Shown in pieces: positions 45,350 to 59,368 of a DNA stretch of 64,000 nucleotides (position 1 is its first letter; every line of letters starts with the position of its first letter). The stretch covers positions 5,270,001-5,334,000 of the forward strand of contig OZ176057.1 in the NCBI GenBank assembly GCA_964247055.1, read 5' to 3'. The DNA is from Paragordius varius (Eukaryota > Animalia > Nematomorpha). The position numbers and the translations under genes are program-made. Below the pieces are notes generated by a model. That model saw only the letters and a program-made list of their open reading frames with translations. It ran no database searches and was not told where the DNA came from.

Positions 45350-48300
45350 TTCTTGAAACGAAGTCCTGAACTTAAAAAAGCGGTAAAATTCCTTAAATTT
45401 TTTAGCGCTAAATTTTTAATTTCTAGAAAAGCAGTAAAATGACTAAAAACCGGTAGGATTATTTAAGAACTTTTTTCAAAGGCAAAAATTACCTAAAGAT
45501 TTAAAAAATGGCAAATAATCTTTTAAAAAAACGCTAAAATTCTTACTAAGGTCAAAAATGCAAAAATTCTTTAAAAAAGCGTAAATTTTATTTTTAAATT
45601 TACAAACTGCGAAAATTTCCTAAAAAACCGATATTTATCGTTAAAAACCGCTAAAATTCTAAAAAGGCTAAAACTCTTTATTATTCGCAAAGGACAAAAA
45701 TTACTTTTAATTCTAAAGCAGTAAAAATCTTTAGAAATTGCTAATATCTCTAAAAATCATCTGAAGAGGCTAATTTTCCAAAACCTATTAGAATCCTTTA
45801 AAAAATTATGATTATTTTTTTTAAATCTAATAAACAAGCGATGAAATTTAAAAACAGCTTAAAACTCTAGAAAACGCCGAATCTTAAAATTTTAAAATTT
45901 TCTAAAAATGGCAATTTCATTTTTAAATTTTATAATTTTTTAAAAACCATTTAAATTCTTTGAAAAGCGATATTTAATTGTTCATTTCTATAAAAAAAGT
46001 AGAAAATTGCTTTAAATTCGCTAAAATGGCTGAAATTGTTTAACAACCGCTAAAACATTCTAAAAATCGTTAAAATTTTCTAAAACTCCTTAAAAACCGC
46101 TAAAACACTTTAAAACTCGCTAAAAACTCTTTAAGAAGCGCTAGAATTTTTAAAAATTGCTAAAAAAAATTTTAATTAAAAAAACGCGCTGAAATTCGCT
46201 AAAAATTGCTAAATTTTTTAAATCCGCTCAAAATCTCTTAAAACCGCTAAAATTGTTTAAACAAGCATAAATATTCTTTTTAAATCCAAAAAATCGCTTG
46301 AAATTTCCTAAAAACCGCTAAAATTTTCCAAAAACCGCTAAAACTATCTAAAAAGTCTATTTTTTTAAAATTATTCTTAAAACCGCTAAAATTTTTAGAA
46401 AAATTGATAAAACTCCTTTTAAATCAAAAAAATGTGCTTGTATTTTTTAAAACCGCTGAAATTCTCTAAAAATCGCTAAAATTTTTTAAAAAACGTAAAA
46501 ATGTTCTTCTAAAATCGCTAAAATTATTAAATAATCGGTAAAATTCTTTAAAAAAGCCTAAATATCCTTTTTAAATCAAAAAATGCGCTGAAATTCTCTA
46601 AAAATTGCTAAAATTTCCTTAAAACCGCTAAATCTTTCTAAAAACCGATAAAATGTTTAAACAAGCGTAAATATTCCTTGTAAATCAAAAATGCACTGAA
46701 AATGCTTAACAATCGCTAAAACTTTCTAAAAACGGCCTAAATTTTTTTAAAACCGCTTACAGTTGTTTTTATTAATCATATGTTTTAATTAATTAATCAG
46801 TTGTTTTAACTAATCAGTTGTTTTAAGTAATCAGTGTTCTTAATTAATCAGTTGTTTTAATTAATCAGTTAGTTTAATTAATCAGCTGTTTTAATTAATC
46901 AGTTGTTTTAATTAATCAGCTGTTTTAATTAATCAGTTGTTTTAATTAATCAGTTGTTTTAAGTAATCAGTGTTCTTAATTAATCAGTTGTTTTTATTAA
47001 TCAGTTTTAATTAATCAGTTGTTTTAATTAATCAGCTGCTTTAATTTATCAGTAATTATTAACTTATTAATCATTTTTTATTATTATGTGATTTTATTCA
47101 TAAGTTGTTTCATCTAAAAACCGCCAAAGCTATCTAGAAAGTCTATTTCTCAAAAAATATTCTAAAAACGGGAATTTAAAAACCGTTAAAATTATCTAAA
47201 AACCCTAAAACTTTAAAAACTGCTAAAATTTATAAAAAATCGCCAAAATTCCTTTTAAATGAAAAAACTGCTAAAACTATCTAAAAACCGTTAAAACTTT
47301 CTAAAAAAGTCGATTATTTTGTTGTCAAAATTATTAAAACTAATAAAAAACCGCTAAAATTATTTGAAAACCTTTAATACTCTAAAAACCGCTAAAACTA
47401 TTTAAAAACCGCTAAAACTATCTAAAAACCGTTAAAACTTTCTAAAGTTGATTTTATTGTTGTCAAAATCGTTAAAACTCCTAAACCGCTAAAATTATCT
47501 GAGAACCTTTAAAACTTTTTAAAAACCGCTAAAACATTCTAAAAACTGCTAAAACTTTCTATAAGCCGCTAAAACTTTTTAAAAATTGGTAAAACTTCCA
47601 AAAACCGGTAAAACAATTTTCAAACCGCTAAAACAATTTTAAAACCGCTAAAACTTTATAAAAACCGCTAAAACTTTATAAAAACCGCTAAAACCTTCTA
47701 AAACTATCTAAAAAGTCTATTTCTTTAAAAATATTTTCAAAACCGCTAAAACTACCTAAAAACCGGTAAAACTACCTAAAAACCTCTAAAACTACCTAAA
47801 AACCTCTAAAACAAACCTAAAAACCGCTAAAACTACCTCAAAACCGCTAAAACTTCCTAAAGACCGCTAACTAAAACTATCTAAAAACCGTTAAAAATAT
47901 CTAAAAAGTCTATTTCTTTAAAATTATTTTCAAAACCGCTAAAATTATTTTTAAAATCGCTAAAATTATTTTTAAAATCGCTAAAACTTCCTAAAAACCG
48001 CTAAAACTATTTTAAAACCGCTAAAACTTTCTCAAAAATGTTAATAAAAACCACCTAAATCATCTTAAATCCGCTAAAAACCTTTTTAAAACCGCTAAAA
48101 ACTTTTTTAAAACCGCTAAAAACCTTTTTAAAAACCGCTAAAACTTTTTAAAAACCGCTAAAACTTTTTAAAAACCGCTAAAACTTTTTAAAAACCGCTA
48201 AAACCTTTTTAAAAACCGCTAAAACTTTTTCAAAACCACTAAACCCTTTTTAAAAACCGCTAAAACTTTTTAAAAACCGCTAAAACTTTTTCAAAACCGC

Positions 48301-50330
48301 TAAAACTTTTTAAAAACCGCTAAAACTTTTTAAAAACCGCTAAAACTTTTTCAAAACCACTAAACCCTTTTTAAAACCGCTAAAACTTTTTAAAAACCGC
48401 TAAAACTTTTTAAAAACCGCTAAAACTTTTTCAAAACCACTAAACCCTTTTTAAAACCGCTAAAACTTTTTAAAAACCGCTAAAACTTTTTAAAAACCGC
48501 TAAAACTTTTTAAAAACCGCTAAAACTTTTTCAAAACCGCTAAAACTTTTTCAAAACCACTAAACCCTTTTTAAAACCGCTAAAACTTTTTCAAAACCAC
48601 TAAACCCTTTTTAAAACCGCTAAAACTTTCTAAAAACCGCTAAAACTTTTTAAAAACCGCTAAAACTTTCTAAAAACCGCTAAAACTTTCTAAAAACCGC
48701 TAAAACTTTCTAAAAACCGCTAAAACTTTCTAAAAACCGCTAAAACTTTCTCAAAAATGTTAAAACTTTCTCAAAAATGTTAAAACTTTCTCAAAAATGT
48801 TAAAACTTTCTCAAAAATGTTAAAACTTTCTCAAAAATGTTAAAACTTTCTTATAACCGCTAGAACCTTTTTAAAAACCGCTAAAACTTTCTCATAACCG
48901 CTAAAACTACCTAAAAACCGCTAAAACTACCTAAAAACCGCTAAAACTACCTAAAAACCGCTAAAACTACCTAAAAACCCCAAAACATTCTAAAAACCGC
49001 TAAAACTTTCTCAAAACTGTTAAAACTTTCTCAAAACTGTTAAAACTTTCTCAAAACTGTTAAAACTTTCTCAAAAATGTAAACTTTCTCAAAAATGTTA
49101 AAACTTTCTCAAAAATGTTAAAACTTTCTCATAAACGCTAAAAACTTTCTAAAAACCGCTAAAATTTTCTCATAACCGCTAAAACTTTGTAAAAACCGCT
49201 AAAACTTTCTCATAACTGTTACACTTTTTCATAACTGTTAAAACTTTCTCATAACCGCTAAAACCTTTTTAAAAACCGCTAAAACTTTATAAAAATTGCT
49301 AAAACTACCTAAAAACCGCTAAAACTACCTAAAAACCGCTAAAACTTTCAAAGACCGCTAAAACTTTCTAAAAACTTTTCAAACTTTCTCAAAACTTTCT
49401 CAAAACTGTTAAAACTTTCTCAAAAATGTTAAAACTTTCTCAAAACTGTTAAAACTTTCTCAAAACTGTTAAAACTTTCTCATAACCGCTAAAACCTTTT
49501 TAAAAACCGCTAAAACTTTATAAAAATTGCTAAAACTACCTAAAAACCGCTAAAACTACCTAAAAACCGCTAAAACTTTCAAAGACCGCTAAAACTTTCT
49601 AAAAACTTTTCAAACTTTCTCAAAACTTTCTCAAAACTGTTAAAACTTTCTCAAAAATGACTTTCTCAAAACTGTTAAAACTTTCTCATAACCGCTAAAA
49701 CTTCCTTAAAACCGCTAAAACCTTTTTTTAAACCGCTAAGCTTTTTAAACCGCTAAAACTATTTTAAAACCACCAAAACTATTTTAAAACCGCTAAAACT
49801 ATCTATATTTCTTTAAAATTATTATCAAAACCGCTAAAACTTCCTAAAAACAGTAAAATTTTTAGAAAAATCGCTAAAATTCCTTTTAAATCAAAAAATT
49901 GCGCCTAATTATTAACCGCTAAAACTATTTAAAACCCCTAAAACTATCCAAAAATCTATTTCTTTAAAATTATTTTCAAAACCGCTAAAATTATTCTTAA
50001 AACCGTTAAAAATTTCTAAAAACCGCTAAAATTATCTAAAAATCTTTAAAACTTTTTAAAAAAGTTTATTACTTAAAATATTCTCAAAACCGCTAAAATT
50101 ATATAAAACCGCTAACTAACGCTAAAATTTTCTAACGCTAAAATTAAAGTATGCGCTAAAAATTTCTGTGCTCTCTAATAAAATTCATTAAAAAAGCTTA
50201 AATATTCTTTTTAAAAATTGCTAAAAAACCGCTGATTACTTTAAAAACCGCTAAAATTGTTTAAACAAACGTAAATATTCTTTTTTAATCAAGAAATGCT
50301 CTGAAATTTTTAACAACCAAGTGCTAAAAT
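45350..50330. repeat. Satellite A' (20-bp unit TAAAACTTTTTAAAAACCGC, two 10-bp halves), interrupted by a satellite B block at 46777-47060
   Basis: Exact 20-bp period across 48121-48900 and more degenerate flanks. A ~230-bp higher-order duplication lies at ~49260/49490, and another A' block at 51553-51850. Confidence 0.95.
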
Positions 50331-50344
50331 AAAATCGGAAATAA

Positions 50345-51535
50345 ATATTTTTATTAATTAGCTGTTTTAATTAATTATTTGTTTTTCATTTGTTAATTAA
50401 TCATTTGTTTTTAATCATTAATCAGCTGTTTTATTTAATTATATGTTTGTATAAATCAGTTGGTTTAATTAATCAGCTGTTTTAATTAATCATTTGTTAC
50501 TACAAATCAGTTGTTTTAATTATTGATTTGTTTTAATTAATGATTTGTTTTAAATCATTTGTTTTTATAATTCAGTTGTTTTAATATTCATTTGTTTTTA
50601 TAATTCAGTTCTTTTAATATTCATTTGTTTTGTAAATCAGTTAATCAGTTGTTTTTATAAATCGGTTGGTTTAATTAATCAGTATTTTAATAAATTTGTT
50701 TTTATAAATTAGTTGGTTTAATTTATCAGCTGTTTTAATTAATCAGTTTTTTTAATTAATCATTTGTTTTTATAAATCAGCTGTTTTTTTATTAATCAGT
50801 TTAAATCTGATTAAATTAATCAGTTATAAATCAGTTGTTTTAATTAATGATTTGTTTATAAATCGGTTGGTTTAATTAATCAGTATATTAATAAAACATT
50901 TCTTTAATAGTCAGATTTTTTTTAATAATCAGCTGTTAATATTAATCAGCTGTTTTAATTATAATCATTTGTTTTTACTATTTAGTTGTTTAATCAGTTG
51001 TTTTAATTAATCATTTGTTTTTTGTTAATCATTTGTTTCAATTAATCAGTTGTTTTAATTAATCAGTTGTTTATTAATCAGTTGTTTATTAAACAGTTGT
51101 TTATTAATCAGTTGTTTCTTTATAAATCATTTCTTTAATAATCAGATTTTTTAATAGTCAGCTGTTTAAATTAATCAGATGTTTAAATTAATCAGATGTT
51201 TAAATTAATCAGCTGTTTTAATTTTAATCAGTTGTTTTAATTATTCAGTTGTTTTGATTATTCAGTTGTTTTGATTATTCAGTTGTTTTGATTATGCAGT
51301 TGTTTTGATTATGCAGTTGTTTTGATTATTCAGTTGTTTTAATTAATCAGTTTTTTCAATTAATCAGTTTTTTCTATATAAATCATTTCTTAATAATCAG
51401 ATTTTTTAATAATCAGCTGTTTAAATATATCAGTGTTTTAATTATAATCATTTGTTTTTACTATTTAGTTGTTTTTATTATTCAGTTGTTTCAATCATTT
51501 GGTTTTATTATTCATTTGTTTTTATTAATCAGTTT
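50345..51535. repeat. Satellite B, more degenerate array
   Basis: ATTAATCAGTTGTTTT-type units, same family as 22550-25630. Confidence 0.9.
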
Positions 51536-54500
51536 TTATTATTATGTTTATTTCATTAATAATTTGTCTATCTAAAAACCGCTAAAACTATCTAAAAACC
51601 GTTAAAATTATCTAAAACTCTATTTCTTTAAAAATATTTGAAAACCGCTAAAACTTCCTAAAAACTGCTAAAACTTCCTAAAAATTCTTTTTAAATTAAA
51701 AAATGCGTTGAAATTCTTTAAAAATTGCTAAAATTTTATTAAAACCGCTAAATATATCTAAAATCTGTTAAAAATGTCTAAAAACCGCTAAAACTCTTTA
51801 AAAAGCGTAAATTTAAATCAAAAACCGCTAAAATTGTCTAAAAAACGTAATTTTTTTTCTGCAAACATATGCCACCTTTTTTATATAAATTTTATTATTT
51901 TAACCAATTAGCCATTTTAAATAGCGTATTTAAATTTTTCATCTCAATATATTGTAACATACTATTTTTTTGTTTAGAATGTGATGTCTTACAGAAGTAC
52001 GAAGGATTTCCTTGGCCTACTGCCCAACAAAACTGATGTAGAAAATACCTGGAATGTTTCGGAATTGGGTAATTATTATTTTATATTTTGAATTATTATT
52101 CAAGTGTTTTCGTTAATAATTGTTTTCTTTTATAAATTCTGTATAAATCATTTTTATCATAATCAACTTTTTTTATGTAATTAGCATTTATCATTTGTTT
52201 ATTAGTTGTTTTAATTAATCAATTGTTTTTAGTTTTAAAATTGGCTAGCTTGAGATATTCTAAAGATATTTTTTTAAAAAGAATATGTAGAGTATATAGA
52301 ATATAAATTTATAATTATCTATCGTTTGTAAAAAATTTGTATTTATTATTGTAACGTAATATTTAATCATCAATTATTACATTTTTCTTTAATTTACTGT
52401 AGAATGTGTTGTTAATGTAATCAGCAGCCCGAAACGTAAACGAAGTCTATTGAAAAAGCGTAATTGAATATTATGGATGAACTTGGTAATTAATTATATT
52501 TAGATTAAATTTTAGAACAGATTTTATTACTAGTTTTTCAACTTTACACTCTTTTCTTAAATTAAATAATTTTTTTATTAAAATTGATGAGTCTATTTTA
52601 ATGCACAATTAAATAAAATAATTGATTTAATTAATCCTTTTTTAATAAATTAACTATTTATAATAAACTTTTGATTTAAAACAAATTATTAAGATATATA
52701 TAATATTGTTCCTTTAATTTTTACCGCAAAATAACAAAATATCACTTTTTAACATACTTCATGATTTTGTTAACTAACCATTTTTCTTGATCAGCTGTTT
52801 TTTGAATTTGATAGTTATAATTATTAAATAGTTTCAATATATTTATTTTTTTAAATCATTATTAGTATTTGACTTTATATTTTATTTTATTTTTAGGAAA
52901 CAATGTAGTATCCACTTTATTGCTGCCATACCAATTAAACTATTTACGTATATATTTTTAGTTACTTTTTACGTTATTAATAACCAATTGTCTAAATATT
53001 TTTTATTTTTTCCTTATTATTCAGAATCAGTTGTTATTAATCAGGTTTAAAGCACTTTAAGGGCTTCGAGTTTGTGGGCTAGGGTTAGGGTGAGGGATTG
53101 GAGTTGGTTCATTTTCTTAAAGAAGTCCGCAGGACTTCCTCGGTCTGCGAAGCAGGCCGAGACCCACGCATATCTTTTTAAATTAAATCTTTGTCTCTGA
53201 ATTTTTTAGCTTTTGATTTATTTTAAAAAAGGATATTCTTTTTTTCCTATTTCTGTTTTTTGATTAATTTTACACCATTTTATCAAAAGACTTAAACATT
53301 ATCTGAATTATTGGTCCGCAAACTTTTTAATGGACAGATCATATGCCATTTTTATTGCGTGTTTGGTTGATAGAATATTAAAGGATTTCGAGTTTATGGG
53401 CTGGGCTTATGTAAATCAAAGCAATTTTTTATTTTTTAATGGCTTTGTACTAAAATTGCAATACTAAAGCTGATTTTGGGTTTTAATTATGGAAATAAAC
53501 TGCTAATTTGTAAAGTAACCGCAAAAATTTATATTTAAAGTAGAATAGTTAGAAAGCAATTTTTTTCTTTATCGGTTAAAACCTTAATCTGGGCTTTTTC
53601 GGAATTGAGCTAATTTTATTACGGGCTTTGAACAATTTTGTTTGGATATACGATCTAATAATATTTCTTATACATTCACAAACAAAAAACTTGTTTTATT
53701 TGACTCCAAACTTTTCAATGTTATTTCTGCAGTGTTTGATCATATGATTTTGGCTGATCGAAATTAAAGGCTCATTAGTTTTAGTTAATAACTGCTAATT
53801 TGTAAAGTAAAACCGCAAAATTTAAATTTGAAAGCCACAATTCAGCTATTTTTTTAGGGGGTTTGATTAATCTACGTTGAATATTTTAAGGCGAGTTTGT
53901 GGGTTAGGGTTATGTGGGGGTTCATTTAGAGTTTTGTTGTCACTTTTATTAATAATTTCCAAATTATAAATAAACCGCAAAATAAATGTTATGCTATTAT
54001 TTTCTAACCTCGAATCTAATAATATTTTTTATCATTTTTTATACATCAGAACAGAACAAATTGACTCAACTAGACATGAAATAAAACCAACTCACACAAG
54101 AATGAATATGAAACTAATGACTTAACTACACAAGGAACAAAACTTACACACAAGAATCAATATGAAACAATCACAATAATTAATTTATATAATAAGATTC
54201 AATAAATGATGATAATGTTTGATATATTGTTATTTTTAAAAAAAATTAAAAAATATAAATAAATATATATAACCCCCCCCCCCCCCAAAGGGCGAGAAAA
54301 AAAAATTAAAAAATATTCTAAGTCCAAAATTTTATTTTGAGCGTCCGGGAGTAAGAGTGCTCAAAATACAATTTTGGACTTTGGGGCCTGACTCACTCTC
54401 TAATGGGAGAAATAAATCCTTCTTCACACACGAGTGAGGAAAACAACTCTCTCAAAATAACAAGAGCTGATTTTCCCCACTAGTGTGAAGGGGGATATTC

Positions 54501-57500
54501 CTCCCATTAGAGAGTCATCAGGCCCAAAACTCTCCACAAGTATAATGAGAGTTTGTTGTGCCTTCAAGCCGAAGAGTGCCATCAATCAGCTCCAGGCGCG
54601 ATTTTCCTTTGTTAGGTTCCGTGGAGGTCCCCGAAAGCTTGCTCCGTTTCAACCGATCCCATTTCCCCAACGAGTCAAAGTCAATCCACACCTAAATATT
54701 AGGTTTACCTCATAATCCGTAGGCTCCTTTTCCCGTATGGTTCTTGTTCATGTGCTCTCCCATATTCGGCCAATCCCAAATTCCCGGCAGTCCATCTCAC
54801 CAGGGCTTCTGGAATCCGTGTTGAACGCCTTCCCCCATAGAGTTTATCCCAATACACCTAAATTATACATTTACCTCGTAATCAGCACGCCTTTTTCGGT
54901 TCGATCCTTCATTCACTCACGAATCCTTGGTTGCTGGTCTTGAATCACGTCCCCATCCCTGGTTGCCATTGGATAAGAAGGCCTAAAGCCTTCAAATTAG
55001 ATCTTCCAACCAGCCTTCCCATATAATTTTTTTTCTGATTGCAATCATAGGCGCTTATATTTCCCAATACATCCATATATGTACTCTGGTTTTCCAAATT
55101 ACAAATTACATAAACTAACACTTTTATGGACACCTAAGCTTGTCCTTAGATTTTCTTTTTAAGTAATTTTGATTTTATTTTTTAGTTCAATTCTATATTA
55201 TATGCTCTCTTTATCTATTATATCAGCGGAATTGGTTGGAATATGCTAATATATTTTATATGGGGTGCTATATAATTAATGTATTGCTTGCATAAATATG
55301 ATATATTAAATTTTGCACATGGAACGCACAATTTCATTTAATTTATCTGATTATCACTAGGATGGAAATTTTAACCCTCTTATTAATAAAAAATTTATGG
55401 AAATTCTTTTATCAAATACATAAATATCATGTCATTTTATATATGACTTCAAAATTTTAAAATATTCCTAAGATGTGGGATATATAATTTGCCAGAAACA
55501 CCAATTACGCTAACTCACAAGATTTTAACTTGCACAATATATTAAATTATAAATTTGATTTAGGTTGACGTGTGCATAGATGCTGGAAAACGATACGATC
55601 TATCAAGGGAGATATTAACAGTACTACTCTTGTATTAACCAAAGTTTTTCTATACCAAATGATTTGTTATGGAACATCTGATGGTGTAATCCTACCTGTT
55701 GGAATCACTTGGATGCTTCTTGAATGTTGATCATCTTTAATTTGAAATTTTCTAATTAACTGTTGTTTATAAAATAAATTTATAAATATTATTTTAGCTA
55801 TTATTTGTAATATTTTACGTTAAATACAATTTCGCTTATATGTAAAAAATATTCGAAAAATTGTATGATCGCAACTAAAGATAAAGTAAAGGGGTGCGAT
55901 TTTTTGCAAGAATTTATCGTTAAAATGGATATGACAAACATTTTTTTAGATATCCCACCGGTAAATTTATAAATATATAATTTGTAATATATTATATATA
56001 TATATAAAATATGATATCAGTTATTTAAATAAAAATATGGTTAAACAACATTTTTTTGTAGAAATATTACATTTTTTTTGTTTCCATAAAAAATAATTTA
56101 AGCAAGTTTTTAAGCTGCTTTTGTATAAAAGTTCCATGTCAAACTCCTTCGACGCCATTTTTATTTTACAAATTTTTTGAAAAATATCGTCTTCATTTAA
56201 TTTTGAAGGTAATATTAAACTTTTTTTTCATCTAACTTTGATAGAAATAAAAAAAGCGGTTGTATTATTTTTCATGTTTACCATTGCACATATGTCAAGT
56301 TGACTAAATTTTTACCTTTCGGTTTTAGCTTAAAATAAGTAATATTGAGTATTTTTGAATGAAATTTTTTATATATTTCGGATTATTGATGTTATATAAA
56401 TTCAAAATTTTGCCATGGTTTCGATTCCTTCCATATTTTTAGAGAATTTTAGAAGGACTAAAATGAATGTGTTTAAATTTACTATTCTTTTGGCACGATG
56501 ATTGATATATATTTTTCCGTTTCTATAGTCTCCATATATTTTCCAACTAAAATCAAGGAAGCTAATAATTCATTTTTATACAACTAAAATTATTCACATA
56601 ACTCCCTATCAATTAATATTTTATTCGTTTATGGACCCCTCTATTCGAATATGGACAATGTAATTAAATATACATGTTGGATGTTTTTTCCTGTATTGTG
56701 TTGATTTCAAACAATTTTTTGAAAATATAATATTCTCAATAAATTATTTAATATACTGAATAATGTTTTTCATGTAAAAATGTCTTTTAACAGGAGAGAT
56801 GTTATGTTATGAAAGATGATTAGTATTCAAAAAAATGTCATTTAATTGTTGAGCTGGACCGATCGTTGGTTTTTAAATACACCGAAAACCAAAACCAATA
56901 AACGATGACAAATTTAAAACTTATGATTTAATCACTAAACCAAACAATTTAATGTTATCCGTTTAAATGGATTCAAATAATTGTAAAAATATTTTAACCA
57001 TTGCTAAATATTTGATAAAATTTTTCAAGATAATTAACCATTTTCAATTAAAGCCAATAAATTTATCATTATGTATCATAAGGATAAGTTAGTTTTAGAT
57101 TGGTTATTTAATAAAAACGTTTACACCCTTTACTTGATTGTATTAATAACAAGTCTGGACCAACCTTACTTCCTGTTAACTCAATCAATTTCGGAATATT
57201 ACTTGAAAATTATCCAAATGATTAATACATAAGCAAATATAAAATGTTGGAATTGATTTTCGGGTTGACATGCCATCTAAGAAAATTCACATCAACTTTT
57301 TATAGTAATTACTCAAATTCGGAATCAGAAATTTAGGCCATTATCAGTTAAATTAATTACTTTTATGTTTTAACTTTAATATAATATATATGACAAATTT
57401 TGATTGCGCGTGAAAAAAATCTTGTATGTTTGTAACTTGATAAGGGCAAGGTTAACATAATTAATATACTATTAAATAAAATACATAATATATATTATAT

Positions 57501-57589
57501 ATTTATTTGCCTTAAAATTTATATTCTACAAATTGTAATATTTGCTTTATGTCATAAAATACGAGAGTCTTTAAAGGGATTAATAAATG

Positions 57590-59330
57590 CTACAAAATAT
57601 CCATGCAAATTATAGCCTTTCGATGACCAGAATATTCTTTAACACCTATAGTTTTAAAGGCGTCTCCAGAATTCAGTAATTTCCAAAGCCTAGCTTTCCC
57701 GTCACTGCAAGCTAAAAAATAGAGAAAAATCACGTAAAAATATTTATAGGAGAAATTAATAAATACTAACTCTTTAGAAGCGGGACGAAAAAAAAGATAA
57801 TATTTTAGTGTTTTTAATTTAATTACAAGGTTGGGGATAACTTTATCTTATTATATGTTTTCTATTTTGTTTGAAATAAAAGTAAAATATTTATATATTA
57901 AAACTATAAAAATAAAACCGTTTTGTCGGAAAACTTTTCGATAAAAAATCGTAAAAATCAGAGTAAAAAGGACTTTAGAACAAAAAAAAACCTTTTGTTT
58001 GACTCTCAATATCTGTAAGCAAATTCTAAAAGGGAAATAAAAAATAATTTAAAACCAACCAGTTAATAAATATCTGTAAGATGTAAGAATTTTTCCATGA
58101 GCGCTATTCATATTATAATGTTTATTGATTTTGGCATCCAAATTCAAATCAGCAGGCATGGAAAATTCTGAACTTAGGAATCGAGAACACCAAACCCATT
58201 TATTAACAGCTGGGTGTTCTAATTTCCAACATGCTAGTAATATTATTATTATTATAATGTAATGTAAAAATAATTATTTTCCAATTTTTAGCAATAGTTA
58301 AAGATTTAGAAACTTATTTTTTTTTCTTACAAATTACCCATTCTTATGAAGAAAAAAAAACAAAATTGAAGAAAAATACATAATAAATATCGTCAACTAT
58401 AAAAAAATTAAAACATATCCATACGAATTATTGTACCACCCGCCTATATATAAATTTTCAATCTAAATATACCATTTAGACTTCAAATTCAACCTCAAAC
58501 AATTCAAATCACTCAATAAATTATGTGCTCTTTTAAGATTAAAAATTACCTATATTTTTTAATATTTTTAAAAAATTAAATTTTGTTTGTAATTAAAATA
58601 ATACGGAAATAAACTATGCGCCATAAAGATATATTTCATATAAATGATGAGTTATATTAGCTACCCAAAAACACATAATATATTTTTAGGGTAAATTTGA
58701 ATTGTTCAAGGCTGATTTTAAATTGTAAATGGTATATTAAACGATTAATTAACTAAATTATATGTTCTATATCAAAAGAACAAGGTAGAAATTACTTACA
58801 TTAGCTTATTATCAAAGCCCAAAAATTAGCTCGTGTAATATTTAAAAAAATATAAATACAAATTATATATACATAATCTTAGTGATAATTTATTATTTCT
58901 TAAAAGGAAATTTCATGGTTAAGTCTTTTCAATTTTGGCAATCAAGTAGTAAAAATTGATAATAAATGGATGGTATATCGTAAATTCATTACAGTATAGC
59001 CCATTTATTTTGGCAATTTTATGAATATATTTCAATTGCAAATATCGTAAAATATATACAATCAAAACTTATTATATATATATATATATAAATTTAATTT
59101 ATACGGAGAAAATGTAAAAATATAATAAATTTTTTTCTTCAAAAGACAACCCCAACTTTTTAATTTATCTTAAATAGCAATCGTAAAATATGTCATTAAT
59201 TGTGTTACCAATATACGTCTCTATTTTATAATTTAAATTTAAAACAATGAGTTAATTTAAAAAAATAAAGGTTTAAACAGTATGGGGTTGTTTTTTAGAA
59301 AAGAATATTTGTCTTTATATATTAAATTTT

Positions 59331-59368
<38 letters not shown>
